A stretch of 42,426 nt of DNA, taken from Vulcanimicrobiales bacterium. GTDB lineage: Bacteria; Vulcanimicrobiota; Vulcanimicrobiia; Vulcanimicrobiales; Vulcanimicrobiaceae. Of this stretch, positions 1-8,323 are shown piece after piece; position 1 is the stretch's first letter, and each line of letters starts with the position of its first letter. The notes beneath the pieces were generated by a model. The model saw only the letters and a list, made by a program, of their open reading frames with translations. It was not told where the DNA came from and ran no database searches. Position numbers and translations under genes: made by a program. The stretch lies in the NCBI GenBank assembly GCA_038231455.1, contig JBBRLI010000025.1, forward strand, positions 1 to 42,426, read 5' to 3'.

Positions 1-13
1 ATGGAGGAAATCA

Positions 14-1225
14 ATGCCTGGTATTGGCGGACTTTCAATTGCCAACAATCTGTTGGCAAACAGCGCATCGCTCAACCTGAACCGGAATCAGAATTCCCTT
101 CAGTCAGCGGTCACGAAGCTCTCGAGCGGGCTTCGCATCAATACGGCAGCGGACGATCCGTCGGGCCTCGCGATTGCAGAATCACTGCAGGCGCAGGTCA
201 ATGGCTTCGACCAGGCTGTCCGTAACGTTCAGGACGCAACCAACGCCGCAACCGTGGCCGAAGGCGCGCTCCAGACGACCACCGACATTCTTCAGCGCAT
301 CCGTACGCTCGCCGTTCAGGGCGCATCGGACATCACGTCGGTTGCCGACAAGCAGAACCTGCAGGCTGAAGTCCAGCAGCTTCTCCTCGAAGTCAACCGC
401 ATCTCGCAGAACACGTCCTTCAACGGACAGCAGCTCCTCGACGGCTCGCATGCTGGCTTCCAGCAGCAGGTCAACGTGAACGCGGTTATCACGGCGAACT
501 CGAACCTCGCCGCCGGTACCAGCCTCATTTCGACCGTCAGCTTCTCGGCGACGAGCAACACGATTCAAGACGGCACGATCGAAGTCCAGGTTGCCCAGAT
601 CACCTCGACGCAACAGGGTCTCATCGTTTCGTTCTTCAGCTCGGCTTCATCGTCGGGCCGTACCATCGGTACGATCACGCTGACCGCCGGTACCGCTGGT
701 TCCACGACCGTCGACGGCGTCACGTTCACCTATGGTGGCGCGGCAACCCTCGATGTCGGCGTTACGTCGTTCGTCAAGGTTTCCCAGTACGTTACCTCGG
801 CCTCGAACCCGAACGCACCGGCGTTCAACTTCCAGTCGGGCGCAAACGAAGGCGCGACCATTCAGGTCGGCTTCCAAGCGACCAACACGAACCAGCTCCG
901 CATCGCCAACGTCAACCTCGTCGGCAACACGGGCTTCAGTTCGCTGGCATCGGAAGATTCGATCGGTCAAATCGACAACGCGCTTCAGACGCTGCTCGGT
1001 CAGCGCGCGACGCTCGGTGCGGTTATCGTTCGTCTCCAAGAAGATCAGAACAACGACAACATCGCCTCGGTCAACCTCCAGGCCTCGGAATCGAACATCC
1101 GCGACCTCAACGTCGGCCAGGAAACCACCCAGTACACGCGTCTCCAGATCCTCGTGCAAGTCGGCACCTCGGTGCTCTCGCAGTCGAACTCGAACGCAAA
1201 CTCGGTCCTCTCGCTCTTCCGTTAA
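14..1225 (+). CDS. fliC: Flagellin
   Basis: N-terminal KLSSGLRINTAADDPSGLAIAE and LQRIRTLAVQ motifs; C-terminal ASESNIRDLNV...QILVQVGTSVLSQSN...VLSLFR; GGAGG RBS at 3-7; strongly biased codons (AAC/TTC/ATC). Confidence 0.98.
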   Translation: MPGIGGLSIANNLLANSASLNLNRNQNSLQSAVTKLSSGLRINTAADDPSGLAIAESLQAQVNGFDQAVRNVQDATNAATVAEGALQTTTDILQRIRTLAVQGASDITSVADKQNLQAEVQQLLLEVNRISQNTSFNGQQLLDGSHAGFQQQVNVNAVITANSNLAAGTSLISTVSFSATSNTIQDGTIEVQVAQITSTQQGLIVSFFSSASSSGRTIGTITLTAGTAGSTTVDGVTFTYGGAATLDVGVTSFVKVSQYVTSASNPNAPAFNFQSGANEGATIQVGFQATNTNQLRIANVNLVGNTGFSSLASEDSIGQIDNALQTLLGQRATLGAVIVRLQEDQNNDNIASVNLQASESNIRDLNVGQETTQYTRLQILVQVGTSVLSQSNSNANSVLSLFR

Positions 1226-1245
1226 TTCTCGGAAGTTTGATGAAT

Positions 1246-1274
1246 GGGGGACTCGCTTCGGCGGGTCCCTTTTT
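1246..1274 (+). terminator. Intrinsic terminator after fliC
   Basis: GGGACTCGC-TTCG-GCGGGTCCC stem with a C(UUCG)G tetraloop followed by TTTTT, about 20 nt after the fliC stop. Confidence 0.9.
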
Positions 1275-1282
1275 CGTTTGTC

Positions 1283-1311
1283 CTAAGGGTCTCCATCGAA
1301 GATTCCGAAAG
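1283..1311 (+). promoter_or_regulatory. Putative sigma28 (FliA/SigD) promoter
   Basis: CTAAG-N16-TCCGAAAG versus SigD consensus CTAAA-N16-GCCGATAT; lies directly after the terminator and 7 nt before ATG 1319. Confidence 0.55.
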
Positions 1312-1318
1312 AAGAATT

Positions 1319-3400
1319 ATGCCGATCCATATTGCCGACGCATTCAAAACAAGCGTATTTGCCGCACAGCAAACGGGCTTGCTCTTCAATTTACCGGTCC
1401 CGGGCCCGGACGTGGTTCAAAAGGAACCGGGCGTCAGCTTGTGCATGATCGTCAAAAACGAAGAGCGTTTTCTCGAAGCGTGTCTTGAGAGCGTCAAAGA
1501 CTTCGTCGACGAGATTAATATTGTCGATACGGGCTCGACCGACCGGACGATCGAAATCGCACGCCGCTACACGGATCGGATCGAACATCGCGAATGGCGC
1601 GGCGATTTCTCCTGGGCGCGGAACGAAGCAATCTCGATGGCGACGAAACGCTGGATTCTCGTCCTCGACGCAGACGAAGAACTGACCCCGGATTCTGGCC
1701 CGTTACTGCACGGGCTCGGAACGACGCCGGCCGAGACAACGCCGGTGTATCTTAAAATTTTAAATCGGGTCGACGATCAATCGGGCATGGGAACCATGAC
1801 CCATTTGCTTCCCCGCATTTATCCCAATACCACGCGCGTTCGCTATCACGGCGTCATCCACGAAAACATCGGCCGGACCGATTCGGCAGCCGACATCGGC
1901 GGTGTACTCTCGCCGATCAAAATCATTCACAAAGGCTATACCGAAGCGATTCTTACCGGACGAAATAAATCCGAGCGCAACATTCCCTTACTCGCAAAGG
2001 CCATCGAAGAAAACGGCGAAAGTTCGTTCTCGTGGTTCAACTACGCAATGTCGGCGATCGGTGCGGAAGACGCCGATACGGGAATCGAAGCCTTTGAAAA
2101 AATGTTCGCGATCGATGAGAAGGACGGCCTCGTTCGCTCTTACCATGCTCTCGCGTATCTTGCTTTAGCGTCGGCATACGCTTACAAGAAAAATGACGTT
2201 GAAAAAGCGCTCGAAATTATCGACGGCTGCCTAAAGCTCGACATCTACAAGAAATATACGAACGCACATTTCACGCGCGGCGATATTCTTACGTATGCAA
2301 AGCGCTACGAAGAAGCGCGCGAGTCGCTCCTCGAGGCGATTGCCTGCCGCGCGAGCACGGGCTCCTACTACATGGTCGACGACGAAATCTTTCAGTGGAA
2401 GGCCCAATACAATATGGGCGTGAGCTATTTGAAGGAAAATCGTTCGGCAGAGGCCGCAGATTGGTTCGCAAAAGCGCTAGAGAATAAACCGGATTCAGTC
2501 TTTATCGGACGTCAACACGCGCGTGCGCTCGAACGTGCCGGCAAATTCTTCGAAGCCGAAGTCACGTTTCGCGATCTCTTCGAAAAACGAGCGGAAGACG
2601 TCGTCGTCGTCGATTACGCCGATTTTCTCATCCGTCGCGGCCGAAACGTCCGCGCGCTCGAAGTGATCGACGAAGCGCTTCCGAACGCGAAGCCGGAATT
2701 TGCCATTCCGCTCCGAATCGGCGCCGCCGCGATTGCGATGACCGCTGGATCGGCCGACGCCGAACCGTATTTGCGCTCCGTTTTGGACATGGCTCCCGCA
2801 CATTCGGCGGCGCTTCAGATGCTCGAGAAGTTGTATCGCGAACGCAACGATTCCGAGGCCCTGGCCGAATTACTAACCACGGAGATGGAAAGCGAACCGC
2901 AGTCGCCGGCCGATTTTGGTCGACGCAGCCATCGGTACCTCGAACGTCACCAATATGAGGAGGCCGCGGAATCGGCGCGTCGCGGTTTACTGCTCTCGCC
3001 GATGGACGGTATCTGCCTGTACAACGCGGCAATCGCAGAATCGCGGCTCGGTAATACGCGTGAAGCGATCGTTTACGCCGAGCGAATTACGGCCGAAACG
3101 CCCGACGTCTATCCGACAGCGCTCTATCTACGTGCGGAACTCTCGCGTAAAGAACCCTTGCGGGCACTGGTGGCGCTCGAAGAGCTGAACGCATACGCGC
3201 CGGACAACCTGGACGGGTTGCTGTTCCGCGTGACGCTTCTCGAAGAGCTCGATCGTCTCGATGAGGCGGAGAAGCTTCTTCGAACATCGATGAAGCCCGG
3301 CGCACAGCGGGTCGGTGTGGCGCTTGCCGGACTCTTGATGCGATCGGGACGCCTAGAAGAAGCCGGTTCCATCGCGAACCAAGCTCTCGCTGGGGTCTAA
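1319..3400 (+). CDS. GT2 glycosyltransferase with C-terminal TPR repeats (probable flagellin glycosyltransferase)
   Basis: SLCMIVKNEERFL...IVDTGSTDRT...DFSWARN...WILVLDADE GT2 signature followed by many TPR-like helical repeats. Start moved from 1244 to 1319 because the 1244 ORF runs through the terminator. Confidence 0.9.
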   Translation: MPIHIADAFKTSVFAAQQTGLLFNLPVPGPDVVQKEPGVSLCMIVKNEERFLEACLESVKDFVDEINIVDTGSTDRTIEIARRYTDRIEHREWRGDFSWARNEAISMATKRWILVLDADEELTPDSGPLLHGLGTTPAETTPVYLKILNRVDDQSGMGTMTHLLPRIYPNTTRVRYHGVIHENIGRTDSAADIGGVLSPIKIIHKGYTEAILTGRNKSERNIPLLAKAIEENGESSFSWFNYAMSAIGAEDADTGIEAFEKMFAIDEKDGLVRSYHALAYLALASAYAYKKNDVEKALEIIDGCLKLDIYKKYTNAHFTRGDILTYAKRYEEARESLLEAIACRASTGSYYMVDDEIFQWKAQYNMGVSYLKENRSAEAADWFAKALENKPDSVFIGRQHARALERAGKFFEAEVTFRDLFEKRAEDVVVVDYADFLIRRGRNVRALEVIDEALPNAKPEFAIPLRIGAAAIAMTAGSADAEPYLRSVLDMAPAHSAALQMLEKLYRERNDSEALAELLTTEMESEPQSPADFGRRSHRYLERHQYEEAAESARRGLLLSPMDGICLYNAAIAESRLGNTREAIVYAERITAETPDVYPTALYLRAELSRKEPLRALVALEELNAYAPDNLDGLLFRVTLLEELDRLDEAEKLLRTSMKPGAQRVGVALAGLLMRSGRLEEAGSIANQALAGV

Positions 3401-5811
3401 TGTCGTTTAGCGTCTTTCTTGTGGTGTCGCAAGGCCGCGCATCGCGCCACGCCACGGACATGCGCACCGTCGCGGCGGCCGGAATTCCCGTGCGACAAAT
3501 CAATCGCGATCGACTGCTTGATGCTGCTCGCGAAGCGACGACCTCGACGCTCGTCTTGCTTTCTTCAGATGCGGTGATCGACTCGACGACACTGAGCGCG
3601 CTGCGGAGGGCCGACCGCGAGTCGCGCTCGGTCATCGGAGGCCGATGCCGGACGCCGGCCGGCGATCTGTTCGGCGCTGCCCTTGCTCCCGAACGCTTCG
3701 GACCGTTCCCGTTTGCGATCGAACCGCTCCAATCGCCGCCAAACGAACGAAATGTCGATGCGCTCTTCGCCGGCCCGATCGATGTCATCGCCGGTGGACT
3801 CGTGCTGATTTCGCGAACCCTTTTCGTCGATCTCGGCGGCTATGATTTCGCGCTCGAAGAGCCATTTGCACTCGTCGACCTCTGTCTACGTGCGCGGGCG
3901 CTTGGCGCGACGGTTGCGTGCGATCCGACGATCGCGTTCACGCGCGACATGCCGGAACCGTCGCCGCGTCGTCCGTTTGCGGCGATGTCGCAGCTCGTGG
4001 GTCGCCATTTCCCGTTTGCGCTTCACCACGATCCGCCGGGCGTGCGCAAGCGCGGGATCAGTCGCGAGGTTCGCCTTTCCGGCGGCGTGCGAACGCGCAT
4101 TCGCAAGCCCGTTCCACCGATCACGCTTCTCGTCCACGGAAAACCACCAAACGACGTGTCGGCTTTCCTCGCTGCGGCTCGATCGAACGACATCTCGATT
4201 CCCCATATCATTTGGAGCGGTCCTGACGCGCCGGTTCACGCCGATGTCGTGCGTACGCCCGATCCGTTTGAGGCACTGCGCGCGGCGATGTCGCGACGCG
4301 GGGATCGCTACGTTGCGCTTCTCGATGCCGGTCGGCAGATGAAGCCCGGGTGGCTTGACCGACTGGTCGAAGAAGTCGAATGGGGCAGCGACATTGCAAT
4401 GGCGTTCACCTCACGCGAAGCACCGGCAGCATCGGCGTTGCTCTCGCTGCGCCAACTACCGCAACACGTCGTGCTGCCCGATGCGGATTCGTTATCGGCT
4501 GCGCTCGTCGCACTCGCCGACTCGCTTGCCTCGCTCCGGCGCGGTATCCGGATTGGTGATGAATCGCAGGAGACGCCACGCCCATCGATTCCGCGTGCAG
4601 CTACGTGCAGCGTCATCTTTCTTGCTGGTTCGAAACCGGAAGTCGTAAAATCGTCGTTCGAAGCGCTCTCCACGCAAACGCCGAACGCCCTCGAATATCT
4701 GGTCGTCGTCCCGGCGGGATCCCAAACGACGCGCAAACTTCTCGCCGCATATCCGCGTGTAACGATCGTGCCGGATGCGATGGATCCGGGTCTTGCCGTT
4801 GGGCTCAACGTCGCACTTGCGATGGCCTCCGGCGACCGCATCCTCGTCGCGAGTGACGAATACTTATTTCCGCCCGACGCGGCCGCGGCTCTCCTTGCCG
4901 CTTTCGACCGCGATCCGGTGCTCGGCCTTGCGGCGCCCCGAACCAACGGCGGCGAGTTACCGCAGGGCGTTCAAGACATCGGATATGTTGATTTGATTGC
5001 GATGCACCGCTACGCCGCCGAACGTTTAGAACGCTTTGCGCGAGAATTGACGTTCGTCGACCGGATCACGACGGTCGGGTTTGTCATCGACCGCCGGGCG
5101 CTCGAATCGGTCGGCGGCTTCGACGAGCGGTTTGGCGTAAACCGTTTTTCGGTCGAAGACCTTGCGCTGCGCGTTCGCTCTGCAGGCTATCGCACGGCCA
5201 TGTGTGAGGATGTCTTTCTGCACCGGTTCAATATCGACTACTCCCTCTCAACGATCGGCCACGCGGACGCCGATCAAACGTTATGGAACGCGTTCCGACG
5301 CAAGTGGTCGTTGCCAAACCAGGCGATCGGCACGTACGATCCAAGGCCGCTGATCGAGGCCGGATTCGACCGTCCGGAGCACTTCGTCGCACTGCGCGAC
5401 TCCGCGCAGGCGGCGCCCGCTGCATCGCTCGTTACGTTCGTCGGAACGATCGAAGGCGAAGAAGAATGGGGCGCGGCATCGGAGTGCCTGCGCAAATACT
5501 TTGCGGCATTTTCCGTCGGCGATCCCGTCACGCTGGTGATCGGCGTGAAGCGCGGCGGTGTCGAGCTCGGCGATGTCGCGTACCGCCTGCGGCGCTTGCT
5601 CACCGCCGCAGAAATCGATATCGATTCGTCGATGAACGTCGAACTCGTGGGATTCGATGACGTCGCCGAAATCATCGCGGCCATACCGGAGGGTCGGCGC
5701 TTGATCGCCTTTGGCGCACGTCAAGCGGAATTTTCCGCAACCAAACGCATCAGCGATCGGTCGCGTGAAGCGTTGCGCGCGCTGATGGAATCGGCGGGCG
5801 TTACGCGATGA
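3400..5811 (+). CDS. Multidomain GT2-like glycosyltransferase
   Basis: GGYDFALEEPFALVDLCLRARALG and GGFDERFGVNRFSVEDLALRVRSAGY GT2 C-terminal motifs; GLAVGLNVALAMASGDRIL; TAATG overlap with the upstream gene. Confidence 0.8.
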   Translation: MSFSVFLVVSQGRASRHATDMRTVAAAGIPVRQINRDRLLDAAREATTSTLVLLSSDAVIDSTTLSALRRADRESRSVIGGRCRTPAGDLFGAALAPERFGPFPFAIEPLQSPPNERNVDALFAGPIDVIAGGLVLISRTLFVDLGGYDFALEEPFALVDLCLRARALGATVACDPTIAFTRDMPEPSPRRPFAAMSQLVGRHFPFALHHDPPGVRKRGISREVRLSGGVRTRIRKPVPPITLLVHGKPPNDVSAFLAAARSNDISIPHIIWSGPDAPVHADVVRTPDPFEALRAAMSRRGDRYVALLDAGRQMKPGWLDRLVEEVEWGSDIAMAFTSREAPAASALLSLRQLPQHVVLPDADSLSAALVALADSLASLRRGIRIGDESQETPRPSIPRAATCSVIFLAGSKPEVVKSSFEALSTQTPNALEYLVVVPAGSQTTRKLLAAYPRVTIVPDAMDPGLAVGLNVALAMASGDRILVASDEYLFPPDAAAALLAAFDRDPVLGLAAPRTNGGELPQGVQDIGYVDLIAMHRYAAERLERFARELTFVDRITTVGFVIDRRALESVGGFDERFGVNRFSVEDLALRVRSAGYRTAMCEDVFLHRFNIDYSLSTIGHADADQTLWNAFRRKWSLPNQAIGTYDPRPLIEAGFDRPEHFVALRDSAQAAPAASLVTFVGTIEGEEEWGAASECLRKYFAAFSVGDPVTLVIGVKRGGVELGDVAYRLRRLLTAAEIDIDSSMNVELVGFDDVAEIIAAIPEGRRLIAFGARQAEFSATKRISDRSREALRALMESAGVTR

Positions 5812-7832
5812 GAATTCATGGAAGCCTGGGCGCGATCGTCCTCGCACCGACGGAACGTCTACGCCGTATCGTGCGCGTCGATACGCTTACGAGCGTGCGA
5901 CTAGAACCGATCGTCCGCCAGCAAAAACCGCTCGTCATGCTCGAGCTGCGATTTTCAAACGGCGCCGAGGCCGCCATCATTCCGCTCGTCCTCATCGACG
6001 TTGCGATGCTGCTCGATCCCGAACGCGATGCGCTGGTGTGGCCGGCGCACGTTGCCGAAGCACTCGATGAAAAAACCGTCGCAAATCTTGCGGCATCGAT
6101 CGTACCGTGGGCCATCGCGCAGACGCTCGGGCAAACGCTCAACGCCGAGCGGACGTGGCAGCTCGGCGACACGGGCGAACAAGAACTCTATGCATACGCG
6201 CGTTCCAAACATGCGATCGGTGCGGCGCCCGCGCAAGAATCGTTTTTGCAAGCCGCGCCATTCGTGTATGCGAGCCGGTTTTGGACCGGCGGACGGATCG
6301 GTGTCGCCGGAGATTCTGCTGCGCTCGGTGCGGCGCTTGCCGCCGGTAGCGGAATCGACTTCGAATTTGCCAGCGAGCCGATGCCCGACGCTCAGCTCGT
6401 CCGGTGGTACGGCGTACAGAGGCAACCCGCCGTGAAAACGCGGACGCTCGTAATCGAACCCGCATCCGCGAATGCGCATTTCCCAAGTGGTCTGAGCAAC
6501 GAGGTGGTTCGTATGGGTGTGCGGAGTGACGCCGCGGGCCACATCCCGCTCGTCGTGCCCGCGCCGATCGATGCCGCATTTCCGTTCGATGCCGCCGACG
6601 GTGTGGTTCAAGGCTCGCTCGAACTGAGCGGGAGCATCCCGCGTACGTTACCGGCTCGCCGCCGACACCTTCGGCCAACGACGATCGGGGATTCCGGTGG
6701 GCGTATTTTCTTTGGCGTCCGGTCGGCCCAACTGCCGGAAGACGACAGCGATATCGACGAGGCGTATGCCTTGGCCGACGCTCTGCGGATCGAGGGGTTC
6801 AGCGTCGATGTCGGCGATGATCCCGAGGCGATCGCTTCGGGCGGATACGATCTCGTGCACGTGTTCGGGACGCTCGACGCGGCACGCACACTCGCTTTTC
6901 TCGCCGCGGCAAAGGCGGTCGGCGCCGCGACGGCATTGCACCCGTATGCAGAAGAAGCCACGCTCGGGGGGTGGTGGGGAACGATCGTCACCCGGTACTG
7001 TTACGAATATGCTGCGGACCAACGTTCGGTCGATGATTTTTCAGCGCTCCTGCGGGAACGCCGCCTCGTCCTCGGCGACGTTCGGGCCGACCGGCCGTAC
7101 GCGCCACCGGGACAGGATCCGGCGATGCTTCGAACGGCCGTGCGCGGAGCGGACGTGGTTTTCGCCTCCGGAGACGTCGAGCGCGCCTTTATCAACGAAC
7201 GGTACGGGCGCTCGGAAAACGTCGTCATCGTGCCCCCCGCAGTCCCGTGTTCGGCCGACGGCATTCCCGTCGGCGCGTTGACCGGGACGGTGAACTATGC
7301 GCTAATCCATGCGCCGATTGGGCCGCGCGGCAACCAAATCGTCGCGATGCGGGCAGCCGATCGGGCGAATATTCCGCTGGTCATTGCCGGAACCGTCGAC
7401 GATCCATCCTATCTTGCGCTGTTGCGTGAATTCGGCGGCGCCTCAACGCGCATCATCACGGACCCAAGCGCCGAAGTCCTCGAGTCGCTGTATGCGGGAG
7501 CCACCGTTTTTCTCGACGTGGCTTGGGTCGGCACCGGTCGAACACGGGCGGCACGGGCCGCGGTCGCGGGCGCGCGGCTCGTTATCGCCGACCGCCGCCC
7601 CTCAGATCCGGGTTTCGACGGGCCGGACGTCAGCCTGGTGGACCCGGGGGATGAGTCCGGGATCACACGTGCACTTGGCAATGCTTGGTATGCTTCAACG
7701 GAATTCCGTGACGAACCGGCACTTTGCGAGCGGGTTCACCGCGCGACCGTGCCTCGCTCCGTGGCGGCAGCGGTCGCTGGGGGCTACGCCCTCTTAACAC
7801 AATCCAGAAGTGCCCCGGCCGCTAGCGTCTAA
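5808..7832 (+). CDS. GT4/GT-B-like glycosyltransferase with unusual N-terminal domain
   Basis: YDLVHVFG, ADVVFASGDVER, IGPRGNQ (cf. PRKNQ), IPLVIAG and LESLYAGATVF are GT4-like elements; ATGA overlap with the upstream gene. Confidence 0.7.
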   Translation: MRIHGSLGAIVLAPTERLRRIVRVDTLTSVRLEPIVRQQKPLVMLELRFSNGAEAAIIPLVLIDVAMLLDPERDALVWPAHVAEALDEKTVANLAASIVPWAIAQTLGQTLNAERTWQLGDTGEQELYAYARSKHAIGAAPAQESFLQAAPFVYASRFWTGGRIGVAGDSAALGAALAAGSGIDFEFASEPMPDAQLVRWYGVQRQPAVKTRTLVIEPASANAHFPSGLSNEVVRMGVRSDAAGHIPLVVPAPIDAAFPFDAADGVVQGSLELSGSIPRTLPARRRHLRPTTIGDSGGRIFFGVRSAQLPEDDSDIDEAYALADALRIEGFSVDVGDDPEAIASGGYDLVHVFGTLDAARTLAFLAAAKAVGAATALHPYAEEATLGGWWGTIVTRYCYEYAADQRSVDDFSALLRERRLVLGDVRADRPYAPPGQDPAMLRTAVRGADVVFASGDVERAFINERYGRSENVVIVPPAVPCSADGIPVGALTGTVNYALIHAPIGPRGNQIVAMRAADRANIPLVIAGTVDDPSYLALLREFGGASTRIITDPSAEVLESLYAGATVFLDVAWVGTGRTRAARAAVAGARLVIADRRPSDPGFDGPDVSLVDPGDESGITRALGNAWYASTEFRDEPALCERVHRATVPRSVAAAVAGGYALLTQSRSAPAASV

Positions 7833-7857
7833 AGAAGCAGTAGCCGGGAACCGATAC
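7829..7857 (+). promoter_or_regulatory. sigma28 (FliA/SigD) promoter for flaG-fliD-fliS
   Basis: CTAAA-N16-ACCGATAC, near consensus, followed by AGGAGG RBS (7870-7875) and ATG 7885; this is the expected position for a class 3 flagellar promoter. Confidence 0.85.
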
Positions 7858-7884
7858 AAAATAAGTAGTAGGAGGACCTCGAAC

Positions 7885-8313
7885 ATGGACGTTCTGATCT
7901 CCGATAGTGCATCGTCGAGCTATAGTGCCTCGGCTGCCTCGATCGGGTTCGCCCCAGCCCCAGCCCCGCTTGCGGCCGCAGCCGCCCCCGCCGCATCAAC
8001 TAGCGGTGGAGCGTCGCTCGCCCAGCCCCCGGCGCCTTCGCTCGCATCGAGCGACCCCTCACCGGCGTACGACGGTTCGCAGCCAACAAAGACCTTGGCT
8101 GCTGACTCAAAATTCGGCGCGACGGCAGCGAAGATTTTTCATTCGCCGCAGCCGCTCAACGTCGAGTTTCATTCGGCGAACCATGAGATCGTCACGATTT
8201 TGCGTGACCCGCAGAGCGGACAGGTGTACGCGGAGTTTCCCGCTGACGCCGTCGTCCAAATCGCAGAGTTCTTTCAGCATCTGGCCGGCTTCGTTGTCGA
8301 CCACAAAGCGTAG
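7885..8313 (+). CDS. flaG: FlaG family flagellar protein
   Basis: C-terminal EIVTILRDPQSGQVYAEFPADAVVQIAE...GFVVDHKA matches the FlaG pattern; located just upstream of fliD; strong RBS sets the start at 7885. Confidence 0.8.
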   Translation: MDVLISDSASSSYSASAASIGFAPAPAPLAAAAAPAASTSGGASLAQPPAPSLASSDPSPAYDGSQPTKTLAADSKFGATAAKIFHSPQPLNVEFHSANHEIVTILRDPQSGQVYAEFPADAVVQIAEFFQHLAGFVVDHKA

Positions 8314-8323
8314 GAGATAGGTC

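Noticed and set aside
1-13. ANGGA CsrA-type site overlapping the fliC RBS
   Set aside because: Indistinguishable from the SD itself, and the upstream leader is outside the window.
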